In this document: positions 14,100-28,285 of the stretch, in pieces | Position numbering within the stretch: the stretch's first letter is position 1 | How the letters are laid out: every line of letters starts with the position of its first letter | DNA from: Schmidtea nova | Lineage: Eukaryota | Length of the DNA stretch: 64,000 nucleotides | Direction of reading: 5' to 3' | Assembly: GCA_044892505.1 (NCBI GenBank) | Contig: CM097883.1 | Span: 175,398,001 to 175,462,000 of the forward strand | Notes under the pieces: model-generated | The model's database searches: none | The model's input: the letters and a program-made list of their open reading frames with translations, nothing else | Told to the model about the DNA's origin: nothing | Program-made: the position numbers and the translations under genes

Positions 14100-14760
14100 A
14101 AATAGAAAAAAATAAGAATAAAATTAATCAAAATAACCAGCAAATTAGCAGCAATGAACTAATAATCATCAAAACGCGGTGAAGCCTGAAATAAATGACA
14201 TAATAATAAATGAGTAATATCAAATACAAAATTTACCACTGAACCGGAACAAGATGGTTGAGTAATGAGTGAACAAAGTCACTCAAGCGATACTAAGAGC
14301 TGTCAAAAATATGTCAACAATTAGAAAATAAAATCAAGTAGTCAAAAAGATAATCAAAAATTAGTCAGGCAAAATAACGACATAACCATTCAATAATGAA
14401 CATTTAAAAATAAATAACCCTCAATTAAACAACCGTACTGAAATGTGATTGGCTAGCCGTAAACCAAAAATTAGTATAAGTACGGCAGCCAAATTCAGTG
14501 AGTTAATGTCATTTTTACCTGAGACAATTTGTACTGTGTCATTATACATTGTGAACCAGAACCACTTAGAGAAATACAGGTATTTTATGAGACTTTATGT
14601 TTTGATGTTAATTTAAACCCTCATGATTTTCTTTTCACAAAATCGCGTCCCGAAGGTCTCTGGACCGGACGGCCGAAAATGGGCCTCTCAGCACACCACC
14701 TTACGGGTGATGGCTAATGCGGCGTTGTAGCGCCAACCCGAAGGGAGAGGGGTTGCATGT
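14100..14760 (+). repeat. Dispersed repeat family X, copy A
   Basis: GATTGG 14447-14452, TATAAG 14475-14480, conserved cassette 14645-14724, then GGGAGAGGGG. Confidence 0.75.
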
Positions 14761-15999
14761 AGAGCATCATTGAGGACATAGTTGTGAGTAATTGTATGTA
14801 TAGCATCGTTGAGTGTGTCGCTGAGAAGGATTGCATGTAGCACATCGTGGAAGGAGAATGGGGGAGAAGGATAGTTGATCCTAATAATTTGAGTGTTAGA
14901 CTCAGTGTTGAAGATAAAATACTCCCATCGACGAAGCATAGATTTTTCTTTTGCAGTCGCTGAGATCCTTGGTGGTAAGTAAAATGCGCCGGGGAAACAA
15001 CACATCCTAGTCGTTCCGAAATGTTGCGGTGTGTTGTTGATTGACATGGTGAGATATGTTGCTTTACATCGTCCGAGGGGAAGTGTGAGAAATTTTATGT
15101 CTAAGGAATATGCGTGAATGAGGAAACCCACTTGACATTATTGGCGATAAAGATAAATCAGTAAGGTGAACCTATTATTCCCCGGAGATCGTTGATTTGC
15201 CAGCACATTGAATAACCGGATAAATAACGTAAATCGATAATGAGATGCGTATTGTCTGATCACCCGTGTAACTGAGTATGAACCGGATCAGTGATAACCA
15301 AGGTGTAGGTATATGATGCGAAGAACTTGTATGATTGATTGAACACCATAAATGAGGAGTAAGCTAATCGATATAATGTATGGATGCGAGTGATGAATGG
15401 AAAGTGTGGTGGTGAATGTCCAGAAATGGAGGTTGGCGGAATGCTGAAATTAACCTTAATTCACTTTTACAAATAGTATTTAGTATGAATAGGAACACCT
15501 TGGAACAGCTATTGACTATCAGCTACCTCGCGGATAAACCGGGAAAGAGTCTCGGTAGTCAAGAATTGGATGTGCCCCGAACGATACAGGCAGATATCGA
15601 GAGGCAATTCCGGCAATAGAGGCGCGAATATTGTGTTATTGTTTATAAAAAATTTTTGATCTTTAGTCAACATTATGAGAATTATTGATAATAATAAAAA
15701 AAGATCAAAGGTGAAAAAAGATAATTATGATATTATTATAGATGTTTAAAGTTACTAAATTTAGAATATCATATTTAAAACGATGAACAATTATCTATAT
15801 TTGAAGTATTTTACAGCATTATTGATTCAAGTGCAAATGGAAAAAATGTTTTATTTTAATGCACATAATTAAAATATTTCAGTTTTTTAGAAATTGATAA
15901 AATTATTAATCTGTCACACGTGGACATTTAAATCTGTGCTCGATGCTTAAAAACAAAAATGTTGGGCTAAAACCACAAATTGTTTTAATAAAGCGATAA

Positions 16000-17400
16000 C
16001 CCCATAGGTAGAGAGCGCGCAAGATTCAGTTTTAACCCAAATATCCATTAAAAATCGAAACGATTAAGTGAAAAACAACAAAAGGTGAAGTGGACTCACA
16101 ACACATCAACCAGTAGAGAACGCGCTAGCTGTGAGTCTGAAAGCCCTTACATTGAAACCTCGAGAAAAATCAAATGCCATCAAAAGAAGAACGTTTAAAA
16201 ATTAGAATAGGCGGAAAACCCATTGAAAATACCCATAAAAAACGGAATTGTGTTATAAAACCTTCATGCAGAAAAAATTAACAAAATTTTAGCCGAAAAT
16301 TGTGATTTTATCAAAATATTTCACATTAACAATAAAAAGAACTAATATTAATCGAAATATCGTAAATTAAATCAAATCGAACAAATTTCGATTCAAAAAC
16401 AAAAATTTGGAATTAAAATAAATTATTTGTGTTTTGCAAAAAATTATTACACAAAAATATGGATTTAATTTTCGGAAAATCATTAGAATTAAATTAGAAA
16501 AATTAAAAGGAAAATTCTAGAATAATTTGTTTTATTACACTGGTGAAGGTGACGAAAATTGATGGTATATATACCGCCATCAAAATGGCAGAAATCAGAA
16601 TTTGTGGAAACCTTAATTTTACTTTCAATTTATTTTTTGAAAAAATTTCAATTTTAACTCATTCCCGGAGAAGCTGTAGAGGCAATTATCAGAACGTCCG
16701 AAGAAAACTTTTGAAATACTAGGAAGTTATTTTTCCAAGAAATTCTTCAGAAGAAAGTTTTAGTAGTTGCCACGATATTTTCCCAGAAAAATTTTCGGAG
16801 AAGATCTTTCAAGAGAAACCCTTCACCGTTGAGCAGAAGAGCAGTAACCAATTCATTATTAACATCCGGAAGACATATTGTTAGGTGAGGGTTTGGCTAT
16901 TTAATTTTTTCTATTAATTACTTGTCGATTTATCGACATGGGAGGCCCCAGAAGTCATGCCCCTGGGACATCCCATGTCGACATCGTTCTTATTTAGTTA
17001 AGTTATTTATATTTATATTTTTTATTATTTTGTATATTGATATTGAAAATATTATAATTATATGATTTTATCTCATAAATTTTTGTTTATCATTAACATT
17101 GTCACAAGTTTTCATAATTATAAATTTCAGTATGCTAAATGAAAGTTACCAAATAAATATTCTAAAATAAAAGTTATCAAATAAATAAAATTTTTTTTTT
17201 CTTCCGTACCCCCTGAAGCCTGTGTCTGGTCTTGTGCCGATCGGGTGGAAGTAGCCTGAGATGATCGCTGGTTCGATACGTAAATTGATCAGCCCATATT
17301 TCCGAGTCCAGGTGAATAGCCTAACCATCCATGATCACTTCACCCCAACTGGGGAACAGTGGCTTGGCCAAAGGCAAGGTGTTATATTAATGATATTTAA
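16000..17400 (+). repeat. Dispersed repeat family Y copy (AT-rich block, CCGCCATCAAAATGG box, conserved 3' cassette)
   Basis: GTAGAGAGYGCGCAAG, CCGCCATCAAAATGG and the 17215-17380 cassette recur at ~42340, ~42836 and 44420-44585. Confidence 0.65.
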
Positions 17401-17879
17401 TTTATAATAAAGGTAGTTTATTTGAATTTATAATTTCCGACCTATTTATCATTTAAATTAATACCACACGTGAACGTAAAGACCAATCTCTCCAGCAACA
17501 TCTTTTCCATTAGGAAAAATAATTTATGCAAGAACATTTTATTAATATCAAAAGAAAAATTTTATAAATCAAAATTGATAGACTTCATTCCGTTTGAGGA
17601 ATAAAAAACCCCGACAAGGATTTTTCTTGTTTGTGGTTCTGAAGGGGCCGGTTCCTCGTATTCGCTTTGGAAATTTTTCTAAAATTGTTCAAAATAAATT
17701 ATAATTCTAAAATAATCAAAATTTTACTTGGTCGATAGAGTTGGCAATTTTGCTTCGTAGGAGCTCGAGTTCTAGTTGGTTTGACCCATTTTGGGTGGGA
17801 GGATTTTCCTCTGACTTCGTAGTTTCCGGGGAGATCCATTTCTTGTTGATCTGAGTTTTAGAAATCATTAATTAATCAA

Positions 17880-18530
17880 TTTAGTGAAAAAATTCAGAAA
17901 CTTACATTTAAAATTAATATGATTTTTAAATTGAGTAAATTTGTCCTTTTGATTAAATTAGCAATTTTAAACAAACGGAAATTTTATTTTTATTATTTCT
18001 AAACTCGATAAAATTAAGGTAATAATTAGAGTTTTTCTTAAATTTCAAATGCAGATTAAAATTTTTCTATAAAAATAAAGTATTTTATGTATTAATTATC
18101 ATAAATTGCAATATTGGTAAAATTTAAGGTAATATTAGTGTTTTCGATGCTCGGAATAATTTATTTGGATGCAATAATGAATTTAAAGTTATGTAGAGTG
18201 TTTATGTTGAATTTCGGATAAAATTTTGTTGAATGCTTACAGACAAATCGTTGAAGAAGGGACAAAATGGGCATTAAACCTTCTATCGGTAGCCCTTGGA
18301 CCCAGGAGATATTCGGTCAATCATAGTTTCGTATTGACGACGCTCACTGATTGCGAATACCCACCCACTTGTTACAGTACCAACGTTACATAGTGACGGG
18401 TAACAAGATGGTAGTTTAAATGTTTTATGTGCTGAGTTGTTGATGAGAGCCATAGTAACGTCAAGGTCATATTGACGATCAACAACCCACCAAAAATAAT
18501 CTGACATTTTTATATACAAACTACATTTAA
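17880..18530 (-). repeat. Dispersed repeat; inverted homolog of 20990-21900
   Basis: Reverse complement of 18270-18510 aligns with 21010-21240, including an identical 31-mer GACCGAATATCTCCTGGGTCCAAGGGCTACC; related sequence at ~41870-41950. Confidence 0.7.
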
Positions 18531-20989
18531 AAATTTATTGATAACGTTTTTAGAAAACAATTTTAATGCAATGATTAGTGTTTCCATTCAGAGAAAATAT
18601 TACTTTTCCATTTGCCGAAACCTCTGGAATTTAAATTTAATTAAATTAAACACAAATAAAATTTTAACAATATCAACTAAACAAGTTTTTGTATTAATTT
18701 AGAAGTGTAAAATTAAATATTAAAAAATGTTAGAAATTACATAGATAATTTAGGGAATTGTTAAATAAACACTTTTATTGTGAGTGAACATGCATTATAA
18801 ATTGCTTAAGAGTTTGTTTAATACAAGCCTATGAAAATAGATGAAAGTTGGAATGTGCAATTAAAATTTGACACTAAACCGACTATTATTTCACACTGTA
18901 TAATTACTAGGATGGCCTGGAATACTTTCTAAATAAGGGTAATTCCACAGCATGAAGTTACTATATCATGTGAATATATAAGCAGTCTTCAAAAGGCAGA
19001 ATGGAATTCCCGTGGTTCAAAAAACTCTTTGCAGAGCAAAGTCCAAAGATGTCAAAGACATTATCCAGTGCAATCAGCGATCATCTTCAAATTTCAAAAG
19101 ATATAGGAAACTAGTTTATGAAGCAAAGTTGGAAGCAGAGAAAAGAAGAAAACCAGAAGAAGGACTGGTTTATCCATTTGGAAAGTTTTAACATTAAAAA
19201 CTGAACTGTTGATTTTGTTTTGACACGGTTTTCACTAATATCTAAATTATGAATAAAACATTATATCACAAGAAATACATCTTTCTTATTTTTGGAAACT
19301 AAAAAAGCGAAATAACTTTGGAACACCAGAACCATTTTGACCCTACTTTACGTTGAAAAAATAAAAATAATCTCAAATGCGATGTGAATATGGCTTGATT
19401 TTGAATTTAGGCTCTTTAAACTAAAACAATTTGACAAAATCGATTAATCTACAAACGTTGAATATATCTATTTAACTTAATTTTAGGCCCTTTTAAGAAA
19501 AACAAAAAATGAACCTAAGTCTAACCTAACCCTACACCTACAATAATCCCTAACTCTAACTCTATACTAACACTAACATTACCTACAATAACTCTAACCC
19601 CGAATTCATTTTTATAAAAAATTAATCCATTTAACATACTATTTTTGCCTTTTTCTGTTTTAAAATTTTCTATTCAATTTTCAATTAATAAAATTTATAG
19701 GGGTAATTTATTGTTATAAACTTTCAATTTTTTAAATTTAAATTGTTCAGAATTTTATAATTTCAAAGTAACATTTTTAGTTTTAAAAAAGTAAGATGTT
19801 TAAAAAATATGTTGCAATTTAAAAGTTTATGTTAGGTTAAGACCACTCAAAAATAATCAAGAGAACACGAGGAAAAACAAAAGAATAAAAACAGAATCTG
19901 AGAAATTATGAAGAGAATATAAATAATAATAAATGATAAATAAAACAAAACAGAAAAGAAAAGAAGAGAAATTAAATGAAATAAATAGTAAGGAAAAACC
20001 CCCAGAACAAGTTAAATATGTAGAAATAAATAAGAAATAGAAAAATAAGAAACAATTGTAAGAATGAAACAAATCAATAAGATAGAAATGCATAGAATTA
20101 ACCAAAATAACAAAATCAATATGAATGATCAAAGATCATTAAAACTTACCATAATGATGGGGTGTAGTGGATGTGATTAATTGATTGAAACCACGTACAA
20201 CTATATAAGGAACTGTATTTTAAAACGCTTTGTCTTTATTGTCGTTATTGTCTTAATTGTTAGTAGTGAATTTTTAATTAGAGTTTTAGTATCAACTTTG
20301 AGTAAAGGATGCTAGCCACAATTTGCACTTTTGAATCGTACATTTAATTTGCAAAAATTTTGATCATCTTGGAATAGTATCCAGAATAAATACAGTAAAT
20401 ATTTTAATTAGTTAATTATTGTATCCATCACGTTAACAACACAAGGACCAAGTGTGGCGATGTCGTCACCAGTTCCCGTGCTGCTAGGATCATCCGTTCA
20501 CCAGGCTAATGGAGACGATCAAGCCGCGAGATAACTAATTAAGTAACCACAAATTCGGGAGGGGGAATTTCATCGATATTTTGGAAGCGCGAAGGGATGA
20601 TGTCATGCACGAAGATCGGGTATGCTTATTCGCTAGACGAATAAGTAGATCAAGCCGTGACGAAAGCAATATTTATACAACTATTGACAGTAAGAAATTT
20701 TCAGATATCTTGGGGATATTAGGCCCATTCTGAAAATATTTACATGGTGGGTAAATGCAATAACTGGCAGAGACAAATCTGTCTCATTCCCGAATAATCA
20801 TTTTAATTTTACTCATCCTAAGAGGGTTATTGTATTTTTTTAAACATAAAATTGGCGCCGTAACAAATGCGCGCCGATAGAACCACGTAATAATAGCGAC
20901 CCCGACAAATGCGCGCAAGACAAAAAACCGCGCCAAATAAAATATTTTTGATTTAATTCTTCTTTCATATCATCTTACGGGTGACTGTT

Positions 20990-21900
20990 AAAGTAATATT
21001 AATATGCCAAGTGGTGGGTTGTTGACCGTCAATACGTCAATGGCTCACATCAACAACTCAACGCATAAAACATTAATTTGACCCCCTTGTTGCCCGTCAC
21101 AATGTAACGTTGGAACTGCAACAAATGGGTAGGTATTCACAATCAGTGAGCGTCGAAAAATTCGAAACTATGATAGACCGAATATCTCCTGGGTCCAAGG
21201 GCTACCGATAAAAGGTTTATTGCTCGTTTTGTCCCTCCTTCAGCAGTTTAACCACGGATACTCATTTTAAATCAGCAAAATAAAACAAATCATACCAATA
21301 AAAATTTATTAATTTGTCCCAATTAATCATTGGAAATAATAATATATAGACAGTTTAAAGCATCATTCCAAAATTATGTCCAAATACACATATACAAGCC
21401 ATGAACAAAATAAAATCACTTCAAACATTTCAACGAGTTCCAGCAAACGTTCCTGTTTTCGATTATCTAAACTTTAATTCAAGTTGGGTATCGCTCAAAA
21501 TCACCAACAAAGCTTTTAAACAAATTTTTCTTCGATTTTTCCGATCAAAACCTAAAACTAAATAAATTCAATTATTCCAATCAGCTGCTATACATTATGT
21601 TATCAAAGAACACTAGTATATTCACAATTTTAGTTTATTCCCAGGCTCATACTCAAACATATTATCGCAAATCAATTCGGGAATCAAATAATCCTTTATA
21701 AACGCACATATCCGGAGATATTCAATAGCCGTTAATTTTATCTAATGACTATTATTTCGTAATTTTTCCGAATTATTATATTTTAATATTAAATTTAAGT
21801 ACACTTTATTTATATTCTAGTCCTATTGTCTATCTTGCTTTTCATAATTATTTTACAATTTTTATTTAAAATTCAACATCTAAATTTTAAAATTTTGCCG
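20990..21900 (+). repeat. Dispersed repeat; homolog of 17880-18530
   Basis: See 17880-18530; followed by the AT-rich block shared with family Y. Confidence 0.65.
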
Positions 21901-22893
21901 ATGCCTTGACAATGGCAACGGTTACAATGTAGCAAATTTAAACAACTTTAATGTCCTAGATCTTTTATTTATTCCTTTAAAGGCTATTTATGTTTTCCAA
22001 AAAATTTTCTTTCTGTACCTCCCACCCATTTTATATAAGTGAAAACAAATTTAGTTTAATAATAACCATTATATGGAAATAAGTATTTATATCATTGTTT
22101 TAACAGGAAAATCTGGGAACCTGATTGGTTAGCTTTTATATTATAGTAGTTTATATTATAGGATTAGCGATTTATATATGCTAAATTCAAGTAGTGGAAT
22201 TCCAATATCCCGTTGTCACTAAAGGTAACATTCCCTTTATATTCTTAGCTTCTCTTATCATATATATTCTTAGGAACCTTATTCTTATCTGGGATCAATA
22301 TCACGTTAATACACTAGAGATTTTCACGCTACTAAAAAAGGAGCTTTCATCATTATAAAATTTTCGGCTCGATGTGGAATTTTAATCTGAACTAAATCAC
22401 AATTAGAATTTTATTCTATAATGTTATGCTGGCATATTACTCAATATGAATGATATCAGACGCCGATCCAAACTCCAAACATTCTGGTCTTCTCTATTTC
22501 CAACTCAATGGCCAATATCTTGTAGTAACTAATAAATAACAGTGCGTTAGGTTTAATAAATGTATGTTGTTTATCTTCATTAAAGCGAATTTTTGCATTT
22601 AGATAATAAATTTTTATTGTTACTTACGATATATTTTCTGTTGCAAGATCTAAGTACGATAGATTTGTCTTCCTAAGCTTTGAAATTTAAATAGTATATG
22701 TATAATCCATTCAAGTTAGTTTTATACATGGTTTGGGTACAACAATATAGCGTCCAAATTTTTAATAAGTCTTCCTTTGTGAATCCCGTGTACTGACTAG
22801 AGTATAATAAAAAAGTAAGTAAGTCAAATAAGTCAATGAAAAGTTTCGAAAATCCAAAACAACTTTATATATCAAACAAGTCCTGATTTTTGT

Positions 22894-23775
22894 TCAAAAA
22901 ACCAACGATTCTGCGTGTTCTGGAAGGAGCCGGTTACGTAGTTTACTTATCAAACGCCCAGTAACTGAAAACAGCCTCTCGGATTGGACTGACGTCGCCG
23001 GAATACAAAAGAATCTCCTATCTAAATTAGCTGTTTTTGGGAATAACTTTTCATTTTGTTTCCACCACTCCAGTGCTGTTTCTGTTGCAGTTGTCGTCCA
23101 TGGCGATTTGATGTAATATTCAAAGTCTGACTCCTCCGCCGCCTGCTGTGACGCACTACCACCCAGCAGAAACATAACTGCTGCATGATTTGGTCGAGAT
23201 CTTTTTGTTGGCAGTTCAGACTTGGCACTCGTCGATAGCGGTTCAGAGGCCGGCATTTGTCTGATAATACGACGGACATTATCATAAGCAAGTTTCTTGA
23301 ACTTGTCGTCACATCCGGAGAGATATTTGTACATTGGATCGAAAATTGATGCAACGACGCATACATTAGTTGCTATTTCGTAGCGTATTAGGCCAAAACG
23401 TAGCGAACTATTCTCAGCAACATCTTTCTTGAAATATCCCACAATTGTCGAATCTTCTTCTTGAATGGTTAGATGATTATGGATTAGACCCCATAACATT
23501 GGAAAAACACAAGATGCTGATGGTTGACTTTCGGCTGACACGATGGAAGTCACGATCTGTAATGCTTGTAATACCGGAAGTAGTTCAGTAATCAGTTGCC
23601 AATTGTCATCCTTTATTTCCAATGTTTTGGCATCGTTCAATTTCACCACGTTTCTGTCATAAAGTACTGCCACAACTGGCCATCTCAGTTCCCAGAGCCA
23701 TTTTAACATGTCATATACGCTGTCCCAGTGGGTAACTGCTACTATTCCGGGCGTCCTTGTGGACATATGATGACC
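22894..23775 (-). pseudogene. hAT (ZBED1-like) transposase, 5'-truncated C-terminal half
   Basis: THWDSVYDML (RW motif variant), PSAS, WWK...FP, CIPATSVQSERLFS...RNRL; open for ~290 codons; N-terminal half absent. Confidence 0.9.
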
Positions 23776-24220
23776 CTTTTTATTTTTGTTATTGTCGGCA
23801 ATAATGCCTTTAAAATAATAATAATAAAAAGTCAAAAATTGTATTTTAAAAGAAAATCGATTCGGAATAAAAAAATTACTAAGGAATAAAATAATATAGA
23901 AAATAGAAACGGAATTAACTATAGAAACGAATAGGAGTAAAGACGATCAAAGAAATCGCTAAAAATTAATTTATGAAAATAATAAAGAGACAAAAAAACA
24001 GAAGAAAACAAACAAAAGGAAACTAAAGAATTAATTGAAGAAAGTAATCTTTAAGAAAAGTTTGAAAATATATTACCACAAAAAACTGAAGGTAATAATA
24101 TCAAAGAATAGAAAATAAAATCAAAGACACTTTATATAATTAATTAATCAAATATTCGTGAGTAGTGTTGAATTTTATTATATTTTGTTAAATAAACGTT
24201 TTAATCAAGTTATTGTTGAG

Positions 24221-24221
<1 letters not shown>

Positions 24222-24298
<77 letters not shown>
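24222..24298. repeat. (TA)n microsatellite
   Basis: Pure TA run. Confidence 0.99.
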
Positions 24299-24302
<4 letters not shown>

Positions 24303-24671
24303 TTATAATTGTTACTGCGCAAACCCTAATTAACACACACAAACTCTCACTACCGTATATTGCCATCACCTCAACTGTCCCGACACATATTACCGGAGAC
24401 TCTTTTGGGTTCTACAACTATCTCCATAACAGACACATTCAACACAATATCAAATACTACTATATAAGTTATCACCACCACAACCAGGTAGCACATAACA
24501 CCTGTGAACCATGACGGCTGATAAGACTTCATAACGATCGGATTGAAAAAATAATCAGTATGATATTTGAGAAGACAATAAAAAAATTTCAAATAATTAA
24601 TCTGCGAAGATAATAAAGATTTTTAATAAATAATTATTAATTAATGATTTCTGTATTTAAATTTTAGAAAA

Positions 24672-26197
24672 ATGATACGCATGGAAAATCGGCAGAATAG
24701 TTTTCAGAATTCAGTCGTGGAGAAAACAGTTTCTCAGAGACAAAAAGATCAACTGTTACATGGTGGATACAGACTATGAAAGGTAGAATTCTTGCAGGTG
24801 GAAGCATTTCATAGAGGTGTTCCAGTAAAAATTTTTCTGGTCGTATTAAAGTTAGTAAATCTGATGAAGTTGTTGTGATAGAGCACAATGATGCACCAGA
24901 TCCGGATAAAAATGAAGAAACCAAGGTTGTTGCAGAAATTCGTCGACGAGCCGTGACAACCGTGGAGAGGCCTCGTCAAATAATCCAACAGAGCACAGCG
25001 TGAATTTTATTGGAAGTAGCCAGTCATGTTCCATAATATACAGCTTCTCAACGGACCATTCACCGACAACGAAAGAGATGCGCTGTTCCATAAGGTCCGG
25101 TGAATTCACTAGCTGGCATCACCATTCCAGATCAACTTAAACAAACAACGAAGAATGAAGATTTTGTGATGTGGGATTCTGGTGAAAACGAAGCGAAAAG
25201 AATTCTGATATTCGGTACTATGTCAAATCTGGATCTGCTTCAACAGTATAATCATTGGTTCATCGATGGAACATTCAATGTGGTACCAACAATCTTCTGT
25301 CAAGTGTTTACTATCCACACATTGATCGATGGTTCTGCATACCCTCTCGTTTATACATTATTGACAGACAAATAACAAGAAGGATATGAGCGTGTTATTC
25401 AAGAATTGCAGCCAACTCTAAATCCGGCGAGTATTATGTCGGATTTTGAGAAAGCCAGTCAGAATGCCTGTTCAACCGTATTTCCTAGCTCGCAGTTAGT
25501 TGGATGCTTGTTTCATCTCGGACAGAATCTCTGGCACAAGGTCCAAGATTTAAATCTTGCAACAGCATACCGTGATGAGAAAAATCTAAGAATGTATGTC
25601 AAAATGATGTTGACTCTAAGCTTTGTTCCTGCTGTTTTCGATGAATTGGCAAATGACTGCCCTCTTCTAATGGCACTATTGATCAACTACTGGGAAGATT
25701 CATACATAAGCCGACAACGAAGGGGCCTATGTGAAAATCCAAGGTTTCCTTTACAATTGTGGAATGCTCGTGCTCGCGTCATCGACAACCTACCACGTAC
25801 CAACAACTCCGTCGAAACATGGCACCGATCTTTTTGATTGCCAGCACCCGTCCGCCTACAAACTGGTTGAACAATTCCGTCAAGAACTGGATCACTACGA
25901 ATTGAAGATCGAAAGGTTTCGTTCAGGAATGAGGCAGCCAGAAGGATCCAAGTTAAAATATGTTCGCCAAAATCGACGACTGCAGGCTTTGGTCCCAACA
26001 TATGGAACAATTTTAGTGGGAGATTAAATAATTTAGTAAATTATTTAGTGTGTAGGTAAGTTAAGTGTGTTTTGAAATAAATATAGTAGATTTGAATTGT
26101 ATTTTATTTTACTTTTTGTGTGGCTATCTCGGCGGATTTTGAACTGTCGCGTTTTTTATTGCGCACATTTGTCCTTCACGCAATTGTGTGGGTGTCC
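24672..26197 (+). mobile_element. MULE DNA transposon with near full-length transposase pseudogene
   Basis: FLYWCH-like N-term; WFIDGTF, YPLVYTLL, MSDFEKA, GCLFHLGQNLW, PRTNNSVETWH, HPS across 24672-26027; GC-rich subterminal repeats ending GGTGTCC at 26197. Confidence 0.88.
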
Positions 26198-27309
26198 ATC
26201 GAAATTAATTGAGATACCGTGCTCTATTCGAATTTTTTTGATACAAAGTATAATAAGGCTTACTGCGAATAATCAATATTAAATTTCACCAGGTGATTGA
26301 TACCATAGTCAACCAAAAATTTAGTAATATCACGGTTCAAAGTGAATGGATTAGAACAAGAGACCTAACAGATGGTCATGCGATAAAATGCGATCTAATC
26401 AATTATAGAACTCCTATTGATAAAAATTAGACTACTTTAGAAATATTAATGATAGACTCGCTGCACAGCTATGATAATTCTAAGAGGAAAAGGATAAATG
26501 GCAAAATAATGGGGAAACCACGATTAATCGATTCTTATCGTGTCTATAGAACATATAAATTTAGATGAATCAACTGAAACAGAAAACCGGAATCATAATT
26601 TTCCCGGAAAACTCGAATACAAATGGTAAATTACTTCCTGGCCCAACTAGAAAGACGTTTCGATTTAAAGGGGTGGAAATCGTTCCCTCGCAAATATTAC
26701 TTAGGTTAATCATAAAACGGTTAATCAGGATAAATAACCAGCGCTTTCGAGAGCGGAAGACTCCCCTAATCGATTTACGGAAGAATAGCGGTTGTCAGGT
26801 CACCTGGTACGGTTCTGCTTAGTGGCCTATAAAGGTCCAAGGGATTAATGTGTTACTCCCGGGATTTACTGGGAAATTACTTAGCTTTACATTTCCCGAA
26901 TCCCGGGAATTTACAAAATTTTCACGGGATTTTCTTTGTGATAATATCCATTCACATCTGACAAGAATCCAAGTTAAATTTACAACTTTCGCACAAAATT
27001 CTGATAAAAAACAAATTGGCATCACTGACTTTGATATTTTTCTATTGATAAATGACAATTAACATTTTACTCTTGAGAATTTCAATTCAATATTTATTTT
27101 TAAATATTGTAGGATTGTAGCTACATTTCAATATATGTAGCTACAAATAATAAAAATACCACGTTCATTTTAAACTTTCCAAATTTCAATGGAAACTTGC
27201 ATCTAAGTTATTAATTATCATTTTCATAGCAAATTATTGAATTACAATTACAAACAACTTCTTTACTTAAAAAGCATCCCACATTTGGAATAAAATGCCT
27301 AATGAAAAA

Positions 27310-28285
27310 AAAGAAAGTAAGTGAAAGTCACTGAAGTATGGAAATATTTTTCAAAGGTTAAAGATGAATATACAAAGTGCAACAAATTTGAAAAAATAAT
27401 AGGCTGTAAAGGATCATCGACTAGTGGCCTGTCGTCATTTACTTTTATTGCATAACAATAATATTAATAAAAGATAATGTCAAGAAGATGAAATTTTGTC
27501 AAAAAAATAGTTCAACAAAAGCTATCGATTCTTAGTTACGCGTCTGTGTGCGCGTTGTGTTTGTTCTGTCTGATCTAATACGCGTCTGTGTGCGCTGCAG
27601 TTTTATCTTATGCTTTGTCGCGTCTGTATGCGCATTTTCTTTTAGTGCAGGTGGATTTATTAATTGATTTCTAAAATTTAGTTTGTTTATTCGATCCAAT
27701 TTGGATATTGGAATTTCGTGGTTTTTTTAAATTTAGCTTAGTAAGAGTTATTGGAAATTGAAGATTGCGATTTGGGACGATTTGGTTTTAGTTGCATTTG
27801 AGGATTGACTATAAATGCCATCTGTAGTAGTCAATTCCTTCGACAGTGTCTTTGTTCCCGAAATTTTAATTTACCGAAAGATAGGAAATGTTTTATGAAT
27901 TTAATTTATAATTATTTTGAATTTGCAAGAAACGCAGTGATTGATGAAATTTGGATACTACAAAAAACGGAACTCGATGAGTGGTCAAGTTTGAAAAATC
28001 GAAGATATATGAATGTTAACCTACATTTTCAGTGAAACATAATACATCAAAATTGATGGCAGTTGCCCCGCTGAAGTGGTTGTTAGCTTAGTTGATAAAC
28101 CGAATTTGGTCTATCACAAAAGGATATCGTGGTGTCAACAACTGATGGAGCACCTCTTATAGTAAAATTTGGGCGAATATTACAATATTATCAGCTGTGT
28201 TACAGTCACAACATTCTTTTGACTGTACTTGATATTATTTATTAAAGGAAGACTGAAAATAATAATGAAGCTCAATCATATAGTG
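27310..28285 (+). pseudogene. hAT-A transposase relic, 5' part (BED finger and DG/CxxH region)
   Basis: EVWKYF...KCNKFEKIIGCKGSSTSGL BED-like; VVSTTDGAPLIVKFG...LCYSHNI; interrupted by an insertion at ~27535-28040. Confidence 0.6.

Noticed and set aside
14645-14724. Family-X cassette as a hammerhead, HDV-like or twister ribozyme
   Set aside because: CUGANGA and GAAA cores are not conserved (CYGAMGG; GAAA/GAGA/GAUA), and no HDV P1/P3/L3 or twister P2 pairing could be built
19510-19600. CTAACC-like repeats as interstitial telomere
   Set aside because: Short and degenerate; typical of transposon subterminal sequence
17880-21900. Inverted pair as the arms of one foldback transposon
   Set aside because: The arms are quite diverged, other copies occur singly, and no TSD was found
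24158-24514. 118-aa ORF with (YI)n
   Set aside because: Artefact of the TA microsatellite
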